Notes: generated by a model not told the origin, from the sequence alone. 64,000 bases of DNA from an uncultured delta proteobacterium (GCA_963848295.1 CAWKDB010000002.1:768001-832000), one strand, 5' to 3'; positions 20,368 through 29,602 are shown, counted from the first letter of the stretch. Numbers and translations are program-made.

Positions 20368-20548
20368 ATGTCTACGCTCGCTGCACCGGGCTCGATCGTC
20401 GGCCGAACGTTCGGCGACTTCGTGGTGCGCGAGGTCATCGGCCAAGGCGGGTTCGGCGAGGTCTATCGCGCCGAACAAACCACGCTCGGCCGCGAGGCCG
20501 TCGTCAAGGTGCTTCGCCGCACCCATCGCGCGAGCCCGCCGGCGATCA
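20368..20548 (+). pseudogene. N-terminal fragment of a Ser/Thr protein kinase
   Basis: FGDFVVREVIGQGGFGEVYRAEQTTLGREAVVKVL (subdomains I-II); kinase similarity stops abruptly after about 60 codons. Confidence 0.8.
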
Positions 20549-20705
20549 GCGACTCGGGACTCGCCAGTGCCTCGAGCTCGCGCAATCTCGCGACGAGCTC
20601 GGGGTTCGGCTCCGAGAGGAATGGCTGCTCGGCGAGCCAGTGGTCCGCGGCAAACTGTTCGACCGTCAGCGGCCGGACCAACTCTTCGAGCGCGATCGCG
20701 CTCAT
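20539..20705 (-). pseudogene. N-terminal fragment of a probable cupin-4/JmjC-type oxygenase
   Basis: ATG overlaps the TolC stop (ATGA); MSAIALEELVRPLTVEQFAADHWLAEQPF resembles cupin-4 N-termini; runs head-on into the kinase fragment. Confidence 0.55.
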
Positions 20706-22264
20706 CGTTCGAGCATCCTCAGCCCGGACTTCTCGAGGATCTCGCCGGTCAATGCGTCGAGCTCGGCGCGCGATTCTTGGTAGCGCGCGCGCTCGACCGC
20801 TTCGCGCAGGCGGACGTTGCCGAGGTCGTCTTGACGGCGAATGATCTCCTGGCTCGACGACTTGCCGAGCTCGAATTTCTTTTGCTCGGCGTCGACGTTC
20901 GCCCGCGCGATCTCGACCGCGGACGCTCCGAGCTTCGCCGACTCGGCGTGGTTCTGGACCTCGTAGACCGCGCGCGCGGCCTCGGCGGCGACCTCGCGGC
21001 GGGTCTTGCCGACTTGAAACGCGCTGTCGTATGCGGCGGCGCGGCTCGCGTCGTACACGCCGCCGGCGGCGTGGTTGCCGATCGGCAGCTCGAACGTGAG
21101 ATTCGCGTCGACCTCGTAGCCGCCGGTGATCCCGTTCACCGCGTTGCCGAACGTCGCCGTGTGATTGATGAACATGCCGGTCGGGTCGTAGCCGGTGACA
21201 TCGGTGCCGAGCGGACCACCTTCGAGCCGGAGGTCGGCGCGGGGCAGCAGATCGCGCTTCGCGCCGGCGAGCTCGGCCTGCGCGGACTTGTCCTCGTCGA
21301 TCGCCGCTTTGAGATCGTCGCTCGTCGCGAGCGCGCGCGCCACGAACGTCGCTGGATCGAGCTCGACGCCGTCGGGGCTCGGCAGCGCGGGCGGCTTGAG
21401 CGCGAGCTTGGTCGCGGTGACGTCCATCCCGACGAGCAAGCGCAGCGCGACCGACTGGTTGATGACGTCGAGCTCCGCCGCCATGACGTCTTGCTGGCGC
21501 GAGGCCATCGCTTGCTTCGCCGGCAACAGCTCGCTCTCGCTGAACTTGCCGGTGCGAATCCCGCCCTCGGCGATCGAGACCTGGTGCTTCGCGAGCTCGA
21601 CGCCGTCGCGCCGGATCGCGAGGACATCCCACGCGAGGGCGAGCTCCCAGTAACCCCGTGCGACCGACAGCGCGTACATCCGCGCCGCGGCGGCGCGCCG
21701 GATCACCGCCGCGCTCGCATGCAGGTGCGCCGAATCGTAGGCCCGGTCATAGCCGGCGAGGCCGAAGCCCTTGAGCAGCGGCTGAGTCAGTCGCGCTCGG
21801 ACGCTGGCCTCGAACGTGTTGTCGACGCCGGGCGAGCGGTCGTAGTACGCGGTCGCGGTGCCGTACAGCTCGAGCGTGCCGTTCGTCGGGATCAGCTTGC
21901 GCAGCCCCAGCGCCGCGGTCTCGCTCGTTGCGGTCTGCTCGAGGCTCGGCAACCCGAGCTGGACGATCGCGCCGTTCAGCTTCGAGTAGTCCCCGGTCGC
22001 GAACAGCGTCAGATCATAGGCGCCCCGCGCCGCGGTGAACCGGGCCCGCGCCTGGGCGAGGGAGAACGCGGCGGATTCGAGCACCGGCGAGGCCTTCGCC
22101 GCGACGGCGAACAGGTCCGGCAACGCCAGCTCCTCGGCGAGCTGGTCGAACGTCGGATCGCCCTTGGCCTTCGGTTCGGCCGCGGCCGGGGCGACGACCA
22201 GGAGGGCGGATCCGATGACGCTCGCCAGCGTCGGCCGGCGGTGTCGGAGGACGATCGCGCGCAT
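20702..22264 (-). CDS. TolC family outer-membrane efflux protein
   Basis: Signal peptide; LTQPLLKGFG, VARGYWEL, LTFELPIGN and EQKKFELGKSS outer-membrane efflux repeat features. Confidence 0.9.
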   Translation of the reverse strand: MRAIVLRHRRPTLASVIGSALLVVAPAAAEPKAKGDPTFDQLAEELALPDLFAVAAKASPVLESAAFSLAQARARFTAARGAYDLTLFATGDYSKLNGAIVQLGLPSLEQTATSETAALGLRKLIPTNGTLELYGTATAYYDRSPGVDNTFEASVRARLTQPLLKGFGLAGYDRAYDSAHLHASAAVIRRAAAARMYALSVARGYWELALAWDVLAIRRDGVELAKHQVSIAEGGIRTGKFSESELLPAKQAMASRQQDVMAAELDVINQSVALRLLVGMDVTATKLALKPPALPSPDGVELDPATFVARALATSDDLKAAIDEDKSAQAELAGAKRDLLPRADLRLEGGPLGTDVTGYDPTGMFINHTATFGNAVNGITGGYEVDANLTFELPIGNHAAGGVYDASRAAAYDSAFQVGKTRREVAAEAARAVYEVQNHAESAKLGASAVEIARANVDAEQKKFELGKSSSQEIIRRQDDLGNVRLREAVERARYQESRAELDALTGEILEKSGLRMLER

Positions 22265-22272
22265 CGCCGCAA

Positions 22273-24234
22273 TTGTCTCCGATCTGGCAGAGGCGGCCAA
22301 CTGTTGCAGCGGTCTGGTACCATTTGGAGGAGTTGGGGGAGTTCGACTCCGAAGGAGCCACCCAGGTCCGCGCGTTCGCATTCGTCGGCGCGGATCGCAT
22401 CCTCGTGGCCGACGCGGACGAGGATCGGTGTGACTGGGTCCGCAACGCGGCCGGCGTGATGTTCCAGGTCGAAGAGGTCTCGAACGCGCGCGACGCCCTC
22501 GCTCGCCTGACCGGGGACCCGCCGAAGGTGCTTGTCGTCGGCACCGCGCTCGCCGATGTCACCGGCGAGGCCTTGCTCGCCTACGCAGCGCGCCACCGGT
22601 TGCTCGGCGTTCATCGCCCGTGGCCGGTGGTGTTCTTGCTGTCCGACACGCCACAGTCCGCACCGGCGGTCGACGAACAACAGATCCCGATCTTCTTCAG
22701 GCTGGTCCCGACGCTGCAACCGGAACGCGTTCGCGAGCTGTTCAATCAGGCGCTCGCCCGAACCGCGCAGCTCGAGCCGACGTCGCGCCCCGACGAAGAC
22801 GAGGATCCAGATCGCACGCGCCGCCTGGTCGAGCACATGCGCAAGCTCGGCCTGCAGCGCTCGGTCAAGCCGGCGGCCGAGGCGGTGATCGAGGCGGTGA
22901 TCGATGTCGTCCACGCCGATCGCGCGCGCTGCCTGTACTACGACGACGACCGTGGCTCGCTGTGGTCCGAGCTCGACGAGGACAGTGACACGCCGGCGTC
23001 GATCGGCCTCGCCGGGTTCGCGGCACGCGCCGGCACTCCGATCGTGCTAGAGCGAGCCAGCGCCGATCCCGCGTACCAAGCGAACGTCGACGATCCGTCG
23101 GGTATCGGCGACGAGCGTCTCGTCGTGCAGCCCGTCGTCGATCGCGACCACCGCGTCCAGGCCGTGCTGATCGCGATGCGTGCCGCCACCAGCGCTCCGT
23201 TCTCGCCGGCCGACGTCCGCGCGTTCGGCGAGCTCGCGACGTCGTGGAGCCCGTACATCCACCAGCTCGCGTCCGAGTCGGCGACGGCCGCCGAGGAAGC
23301 CGAGGTCGACGAAGGCGCCGCGTCGATGTTCCGCCAGGAGGCGATCGACCACATGATCCGCCGCGGGGCGCGCGGCGACGTCGTGCGCATCCATCCCGGC
23401 TGGATCCACGGCGCGTTCTGGCTCGTCCTCGCGTCGATGGGCGCACTCCTCGGGTACTCCGCGGTCGCGCGGATCCACGAGTACGCCGAAGGCCCTTCGG
23501 TTGTCCGGGTCACCGGCTTGACCGACCTGGTCGCCTACGACGGCGGCAGCGTGACATCGGTCGAAGTCGCGGCCGGCCAGCCGGTCACCGAGGGTCAGGT
23601 GATGATCCGCCTGCACGACACCGAGCAGGCGAGCAAGATGCGCGGCCTCGACGCCGAGTTCAAGCGCAAGCTCGTCGCCTATCTCCAGTCGCCGTCGGAT
23701 CCGGCCATGAAAGCGTCGCTGTCGGCGACGAGGGCCGAACGCGACAGCGCGAAGGCCAGCCTCGATGCTCGCGTCATCCGCGCGCCGCACGATGGCATCG
23801 TCCGCGACGTGCTGGTCTCCGTTGGTCAGAAGGTCGACGCCGGCAAAGTCGTGGCGCGCGTCGCCCAGAAGGGCGTGACCGAAGGCCTCTCGGTGCTCGC
23901 GTTCCTGCCCGGCACCGATCGCCCGCGCCTGCGCGCCGGCCAGCTGTTGCGGATGACCCTGCCCGGCTATCGCGGCGCCGAGGTCGAGACCAAGGTGATC
24001 GGCATCGGTAGCGAGGTCATGGGCGCGTCCGAGGCCAAGTCGCGCTACCTCGCCGACCGGCTCGGCGACAGCGTGCCGATCCAGGGCACGGTGGTCGTCG
24101 TCGAGGCGAAGCTGCCCAAGACGTTCGTGTCCGACGGCCGGACCTACGAATTCCACGACGGCATGGTCGGCTCGTCCGAGGTCCGGTTGCAGTCGAAGAC
24201 CGTGCTCCAGACCGCGATCGGCGTGTTCAAGTGA
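22273..24234 (+). CDS. Receiver-like + GAF + HlyD-type membrane fusion protein (start uncertain)
   Basis: RILVADAD...PKVLVVG receiver-like region; VHADRARCLYYD...GLAGFAA...PFSPADVRAF GAF; MFRQEAI, TM helix and IRAPHDGIV barrel-sandwich hybrid. Confidence 0.8.
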   Translation: MSPIWQRRPTVAAVWYHLEELGEFDSEGATQVRAFAFVGADRILVADADEDRCDWVRNAAGVMFQVEEVSNARDALARLTGDPPKVLVVGTALADVTGEALLAYAARHRLLGVHRPWPVVFLLSDTPQSAPAVDEQQIPIFFRLVPTLQPERVRELFNQALARTAQLEPTSRPDEDEDPDRTRRLVEHMRKLGLQRSVKPAAEAVIEAVIDVVHADRARCLYYDDDRGSLWSELDEDSDTPASIGLAGFAARAGTPIVLERASADPAYQANVDDPSGIGDERLVVQPVVDRDHRVQAVLIAMRAATSAPFSPADVRAFGELATSWSPYIHQLASESATAAEEAEVDEGAASMFRQEAIDHMIRRGARGDVVRIHPGWIHGAFWLVLASMGALLGYSAVARIHEYAEGPSVVRVTGLTDLVAYDGGSVTSVEVAAGQPVTEGQVMIRLHDTEQASKMRGLDAEFKRKLVAYLQSPSDPAMKASLSATRAERDSAKASLDARVIRAPHDGIVRDVLVSVGQKVDAGKVVARVAQKGVTEGLSVLAFLPGTDRPRLRAGQLLRMTLPGYRGAEVETKVIGIGSEVMGASEAKSRYLADRLGDSVPIQGTVVVVEAKLPKTFVSDGRTYEFHDGMVGSSEVRLQSKTVLQTAIGVFK

Positions 24235-26480
24235 GCGCCGCCGACGAGGCCCCGCCGGCTGCAGCCGCACCGGTCTCGGGCGAGGAGGATCTGTTCCCGT
24301 CGCTCGCGCGGTTATCCCAGGATCGACGGCGCGGCCGGATCCCGTTCGTGCAGCAGACCGAGGACGCCGACTGCGGACCGGCGTGTCTCGCGATGGTGCT
24401 GCGCTACCTCGGCCGCCACGTCATGCTCGACGAGGTCCGCGAGGCGATCGGCAGCGGGCGCGAAGGCACCGACGGCGGCGCGCTGCTCCGCGGCGGCCAG
24501 CACTACGGGTTGGTCGGGCGCGGCCTCTCGCTCGACGTCGAGGGTCTCAAGTTCCTGCCGCCCGGCTCGATCCTGCACTGGGACTTCAATCACTTCGTGG
24601 TGTTCGACCGCGTCACTCGGCACGGCGCGTTGGTCGTCGATCCCGGCCGCGGGCAGCGCACCGTCACGGCCAAGCAGCTCCAAGAGTCGTTCACCGGCGT
24701 CGCGCTCGTGTTCGAGCGCAGCGGCGCGTTCGAGCGGCGCGAAGCGGGCGCGGGTCGGTGGCGCTGGTACGTCGATCAGCTGTTCGGCCAGCGCAAGCTC
24801 GCGCTGCGCGTGATCGTGACGTCGCTGTTGTTGCGGTTGTTCGCGCTCGCCGTGCCGATGTTGGTCGCGCTCGTCGTCGATCGGGTGATTCCTCGAGGCG
24901 ACAACGGCTTGTTGATCGTCGTGTCGGTCGGGCTCGGCGGCATGTTGGTGTTCCAGCTGTTATCGAACCTGATCCGCGCGCACTTGTTGCTCCAGCTGCG
25001 CACGAACTTCGACACGCGGCTCACGCTCGGGTTCGTCGACTTCATGTCGCGGCTGCCGTTCGATTTCTTCCAGCGGCGCAGCGCCGGCGATCTGATGATG
25101 CGGGTCAACAACAACGCGACGATTCGCGAGCTGCTCACCTCCGACATCCTGTCGACGATGATCGACGGCGTGCTCGTGCTCGGCTACTTCGCGCTCGTGA
25201 TCTACCTCGCGCCGTTGATGGCGGCGGTCGTCGGCGGGCTCGCGCTGCTCGAGATGCTGGTGTTCATCGCCACGCGACGCCGGTTCCGCAACTTGCAGGC
25301 GAGCTCGCTCGATGCCCAGGCGCGCACCCAGTCGTATCTCGTCGAGCTCTTCGCCGGCATGTCGACGCTCAAGGCGTCCGCTGCCGAGGGCCGCGCGGTC
25401 GAGCGGTGGTCGAATCTCTACGTCGACGAGCTCAACGTCGCGCTCGATCGCGGTCGGCTCAACGCGGTCGTCGACTCGGTCATGCACATGTTGCAAGAGG
25501 CGGCGCCGCTCGTCGTGCTCGTCGTCGGCACGGTCTCGGTGCTGCGCGGGTCGCTGTCGCTCGGCGCGATGCTCGCGGTCAACTCGATCGCGCTCGGCTT
25601 GCTGACGCCGCTGTCGTCGCTGATCCAGAGCGCGCTCAAGCTGCAGCTCCTCGGCGGCTACATGGACCGGATCGACGACGTGCTCCGCCAGGAGCCCGAG
25701 CAGAGCGGCGACAAGGCGGTGAGCGCACCGAAGATCACCGGCCGGATCACGCTGCAGAACATCTCGTTCCGCTACAGCGAGCGCGCGCCGTTCGTCGTGC
25801 GCAACGTCTCGATCGACATCAAGGCCGGCAGCAAGATCGCGATCGTCGGCCGGTCCGGCTGCGGCAAGTCGACGCTCGCGAGCCTGATCGCAGGCATGTA
25901 TCGCCCGACCGAGGGCCGGATCTTCTTCGACGGTCACGACGCCGGCCGGCTCGAGCTCAAGAGTCTGCGCCGCCAGCTCGGCGTCGTGTTCCAGGCACCG
26001 TACCTGTTCCAGGGCTCGATGCGCACGAACATCGCGCTCACCGATCCGTCGACTCCACTCGATCGCGTCGTCGCGGCCGCTCGCCAGGCGTGCATCCACG
26101 AGGACATCGATCGCATGCCGATGGGTTACGAGACGGTCATCGCCGACGGCGGGTCGTCTCTGTCGGGTGGCCAGCGCCAGCGCATCGCGATCGCGCGCGC
26201 CCTGGTCCATCGCCCGAACGTGATGATCCTCGACGAGGCCACCAGCGCGCTCGACTCCGAGACCGAGCGCCGCGTCATCGACAACCTCAACAAGATCGCG
26301 TGCACGCGCATCATCCTCGCGCACCGGCTCAGCACGATCATCAACGCCGACATCATCCTCGTGATGGATCAGGGCGAGGTCATCGAATCCGGCACCCACG
26401 AGGAATTGCTGGCGCGCGCTGGCCTCTATCGTACGCTTGTGGCTGCCCAGCTCTCGATGGGCGAAGGAGTGGACGCTTGA
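24231..26480 (+). CDS. Peptidase C39-containing ABC transporter (PCAT, LanT/SunT-like)
   Basis: QQTEDADCGPACLAM (catalytic Cys), HWDFNHFVVFD, ABC membrane domain, GRSGCGKST, LSGGQRQR, ILDEATSALD. Confidence 0.95.
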   Translation: MSAADEAPPAAAAPVSGEEDLFPSLARLSQDRRRGRIPFVQQTEDADCGPACLAMVLRYLGRHVMLDEVREAIGSGREGTDGGALLRGGQHYGLVGRGLSLDVEGLKFLPPGSILHWDFNHFVVFDRVTRHGALVVDPGRGQRTVTAKQLQESFTGVALVFERSGAFERREAGAGRWRWYVDQLFGQRKLALRVIVTSLLLRLFALAVPMLVALVVDRVIPRGDNGLLIVVSVGLGGMLVFQLLSNLIRAHLLLQLRTNFDTRLTLGFVDFMSRLPFDFFQRRSAGDLMMRVNNNATIRELLTSDILSTMIDGVLVLGYFALVIYLAPLMAAVVGGLALLEMLVFIATRRRFRNLQASSLDAQARTQSYLVELFAGMSTLKASAAEGRAVERWSNLYVDELNVALDRGRLNAVVDSVMHMLQEAAPLVVLVVGTVSVLRGSLSLGAMLAVNSIALGLLTPLSSLIQSALKLQLLGGYMDRIDDVLRQEPEQSGDKAVSAPKITGRITLQNISFRYSERAPFVVRNVSIDIKAGSKIAIVGRSGCGKSTLASLIAGMYRPTEGRIFFDGHDAGRLELKSLRRQLGVVFQAPYLFQGSMRTNIALTDPSTPLDRVVAAARQACIHEDIDRMPMGYETVIADGGSSLSGGQRQRIAIARALVHRPNVMILDEATSALDSETERRVIDNLNKIACTRIILAHRLSTIINADIILVMDQGEVIESGTHEELLARAGLYRTLVAAQLSMGEGVDA

Positions 26481-27376
26481 TGCTGCGCCGCGCGGTTTGC
26501 TCGCTCGCTCTGCTCGTCGGCTGTGCCGGCGACCAGCCCGTCGGCGAGGACAAGCCGGCTCCCGACCCGCTCGCCCTGCCGCACACCACCGCCTCCGACG
26601 TCCCGAAGACCATCGGGTTCATCGGCGTGCTGACGCCGCGCGACGTCGCCGAGGTGACCGCGCCGTTCACGACGAAGGTCGACCAGTTCTTCGTCAACCT
26701 CGGCGATCACGTCGAGAAGGGCACGCGCCTCGCGCACCTCGACGAGCAGCCGCTGCAACAGCAGCTCACCGCGGCGAGAGCGGAGCTCCGGGCGCGCCAG
26801 GCCGAGATCTCGCGCGCCTCGTCGGCGAGCAGCGCCGCTGCCCAGGCATATCGCCGCGACAAGGCGGGCCTGAGAGAAGGCGTGGCATCGCGCGCCGACG
26901 TCGCGGACGCCGCGGCGAGGAGCAACGAGGCCGCCTTCTCGGTGTCGAAGGCGATCGCGGACGCCGATCAGCAGAAGGACAACATCGCGACGCTCACAGA
27001 CAAGCTCGCGAAGATGACGCTGACCGCACCGATCGCGGGTCAAGTGGCGCTGCGCTACGTCGAAGACGGCGCGCGAGTCGAAGAGGGCAAGCCGGTGATC
27101 CGCGTGATCTCGTCGGGCCAACTGTTCGTGCGGTTCGCGATCCCGACCGATCAAGTCGGCAAGGTGTCGCCGAACGACCTCGTCGATGTCCAGATCGAGG
27201 GGCGCCCGGGCGTCGCGCACGGCGTCGTGACCAACGTCTCGCCCGAGCTCGACTCGGTCGCGCAGATGATCCTCGCCGAAGCCGAGCTCACCGCGCCGGT
27301 CCCCGACAAGCTCCAGCCCGGGATGGTGGCTCACATCATCGCGACCGGCGCCAAGCCCGCGAAGCCCGCGCCCTAA
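26480..27376 (+). CDS. Efflux periplasmic adaptor (membrane fusion) lipoprotein
   Basis: ATG overlaps the PCAT stop (TGATG); lipobox LVGC; VNLGDHVEKGTRLA, LTAPIAGQV and LQPGMVA motifs. Confidence 0.88.
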   Translation: MLRRAVCSLALLVGCAGDQPVGEDKPAPDPLALPHTTASDVPKTIGFIGVLTPRDVAEVTAPFTTKVDQFFVNLGDHVEKGTRLAHLDEQPLQQQLTAARAELRARQAEISRASSASSAAAQAYRRDKAGLREGVASRADVADAAARSNEAAFSVSKAIADADQQKDNIATLTDKLAKMTLTAPIAGQVALRYVEDGARVEEGKPVIRVISSGQLFVRFAIPTDQVGKVSPNDLVDVQIEGRPGVAHGVVTNVSPELDSVAQMILAEAELTAPVPDKLQPGMVAHIIATGAKPAKPAP

Positions 27377-27380
27377 CCCC

Positions 27381-29061
27381 GTCGGGTTGCCCCGGGTGTG
27401 ACCCGGGGCTCCCACAGATCCGGACGTGCCGATTTCCGGCATCCGGCTCTTCGTCCACGGGTTCGCTACGTCCGGTAGATGCTGTGGACGACCTTGGGCG
27501 GCAGAAGCGGATACCGCTTCAGCACGCGCATGAATCGTGGCCACGGCATCGCACCGCGTCCTGTCCGACGGTGCAGCCATTTCTGCCAGACACGGGTCAC
27601 CTCGTAAAAGAAACTCGAGAGCGCGTTGGCGTTTCCGGTGATACCGAAATAGCCGTAGTGCCAGCATCTGCGAGAGGTGTTTGTGCTGTCTGGCGATCTT
27701 GTCGTGCAGGTGAAGCCTGCACCACTGGCTGACCCGTCGAAGTGCGCGACCAAATCGACTGCGAGCCGTCTGCCGCTTCACCACCCACGTTTTCTTGAGC
27801 GACTTTCCCCAGAAGTGCGTGAAGCCGAGCAGATCAAAGCTCTCGGTGTCCACGTCCTTCGGGGTATCGCTCTTCTGCGGCCGGACAAACCTCACCAGCC
27901 GCGTCTTCGTTGGATGGAGCTTCAGTCCGTATTTGCCGAATCGTTTCGGCAGTACGTCCATCACCTTGCGAGCGTCACTTTCCGACGAGAATACGAGGAC
28001 AGCGTCGTCCGCGTACCGGACGAGAAACGCGTGGCCTTGCAGCCTAGGCTTCACGTCCGCCTCGAACCACGTGTCGAGCACCTCGTGTAAATAGACGTTC
28101 GCCAGGAGCGGCGAGATGACCCCGCCTTGTGGTGTTCCAGCATCGGCGTATCGCAGCTCGGTTGCTTCGAGGACGCCGGCCTTGAGCCACTTGTTGATCG
28201 TGCGACGCAGTACTCCGTCTCGTACTCGGCGGTCGAGGAAGCTCCGCAAGTGCTCGTGGACCAACGTGTCGAAGAAAGCTTCGATGTCGATCTCCAGCAC
28301 CCACCCACCCTGCATCTTCATCAAGCCGTCCCAAAGCGCCTGCAGAGCATCATGGGCCGAGCGCGCGGGTCGGAAGCCGTACGAGCAGTCCAAGAATTCC
28401 TGCTCGTAGATCGCCTCGCCAGCTCTGCTATCTGTTGCATTCTCGTGGGGATGTCCTTGGGACTCGAAGTTCCGGTCATCTTGCCCTCCAACAGTTCCGT
28501 GTTCCGGCCCGTCCTTCCCTCCACCGGGTCCCGTTGAGTTGGTTCCCCGGCTTCCTCGGTACTACGACGAGCTCCGACTTCCAGTCGTCCGTTCCGCCGC
28601 GCTTCGTTGCCTTCACGCGTCGGTTACCGTCGTCGTGCTCTTGTTCGCTTCCCTGCGCACGAGCACGGCGCGCATGGACCTGGACCCGATCATCGGCGGC
28701 CCTCCCCGAATCTTCGACGGAGACGGTGGATCTCCCAGGTTCCTGGCGAACCTCACGTGTGCAACCCGCTCCGCTCTTTGACCCCGGCAGGACCTTCGCG
28801 CTCAGGCCAGACGACGCGCGTCGGTGCTGCGTCCGCATCAGCATACGGCGGACGCTCCCAGCGATTGTGCTCTCGAGGCTCGATCACGCAGCAGTTGCAC
28901 TCCCTGTGTACGCTTCGTAGCGCCGGTTTCCCGACGACCACGCAACACTCGGTTCCGGGTGGTGGCCACCTTTCCCGGGCAGCGGTTGAAACGCTGCAAG
29001 GTTCGATCGAGAGGTTTCAGTTATCCATCCGTTCTCCTCTCCCAGGCTTTGCCTGGCGCAC
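27381..29061 (-). mobile_element. Group II intron (degenerate; IIB-type, bacterial class E-like ORF)
   Basis: 5' GTGCG at 29061; domain V GAGCCGGATGCCGGAAATCGGCACGTCCGGATC with AGC triad; domain VI hairpin ending ...CAACCCGAC at 27381; EBS1 hairpin at 28829-28855. Confidence 0.9.
27466..28479 (-). pseudogene. ltrA: Group II intron reverse transcriptase/maturase with internal deletion and frameshift
   Basis: SYGFRP, GTPQGGVISPLLANVYLH, RYADD, FDLLGF and domain X YGYFGITGN present. N-terminus MTGTSSPK...IAELAR joins out of frame to AIYEQEF near 28415, skipping the early RT domains; second shift near 27665; no endonuclease domain. Confidence 0.9.
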
Positions 29062-29138
29062 ATGCCGCTCAGATAACGTTGACCTTGACCTGAACGGTGA
29101 ACCTGAACTTGAACGGCACCTTAGACGTTGTCGTTGAC
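29062..29138 (+). repeat. Left arm of a long imperfect inverted repeat
   Basis: ATGCCGCTCAGATAA-CGTTGACCTTGACCT...TGAACCTGAACTTGAACGGCACCTTAGACGTTGTCGTTGAC matches the reverse complement of 29515-29602. Confidence 0.88.
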
Positions 29139-29175
29139 ACCGCAACTCCAGAGTTGTGTGGCCGATAGCCCGGTC

Positions 29176-29510
29176 ATGCTCAGCTTCCAGAAGCTTCGCG
29201 TCGATCAACGCTCGATCGAGTTCCTCGCGCTGGCACTGGAGATCATCGGCGAGCTTCCGAAGGGTCATGCCGCGCTTGCCGATCAGCTGGTCCGCGCCGT
29301 CCAGTCGCAACCTCGTAACATCGCCGAGGGTGCGGGTCGTCGCACGAACGTCGATCAGGCTCGCTTCTACACGCACGCGCGCGGCTCCGCGATGGAGGCC
29401 GCAGCGGCTTTGGACACGATGCGAGTCATGAAGTTGGTCGGCGAGACGACCTACGCGCGCGGCATCGATCTACTTGAAGCATCGTGGCGATGCTCACCAA
29501 GATGAACTGA
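29176..29510 (+). CDS. Four helix bundle protein (23S rRNA IVP / TIGR02436-like); apparent 1-nt deletion near 29480
   Basis: FQKLRV, LADQLVRA..S...NIAEGAGR and ARGSAMEAAAALD motifs; the expected end IVAMLTKMN* lies in another frame. Confidence 0.88.
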
Positions 29511-29514
29511 TCGG

Positions 29515-29602
29515 GTCGACGTCAATGTCCAAGGTGGCGTTGATGTTCATGTTCATGTCGATCATGTCGAGGTCAAGGTCAACGCACTTATCTGAGCGGC
29601 AT
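29515..29602 (-). repeat. Right arm of a long imperfect inverted repeat
   Basis: Ends TTATCTGAGCGGCAT (29588-29602), the perfect 15-bp complement of 29062-29076, preceded by hexamer-periodic GTTCAT/GGTCAA units. Confidence 0.88.

Noticed and set aside
26426..28393. 655-aa RT ORF in the ORF track
   Set aside because: Its C-terminal half is read-through after a frameshift, antisense to the adaptor gene; the real ORF ends at 27466.
27466..29510. RT plus Avd-like four-helix gene as a diversity-generating retroelement
   Set aside because: The RT is a YADD group II intron protein inside ribozyme domains, and no template/variable repeat pair with adenine-specific mismatches was seen.
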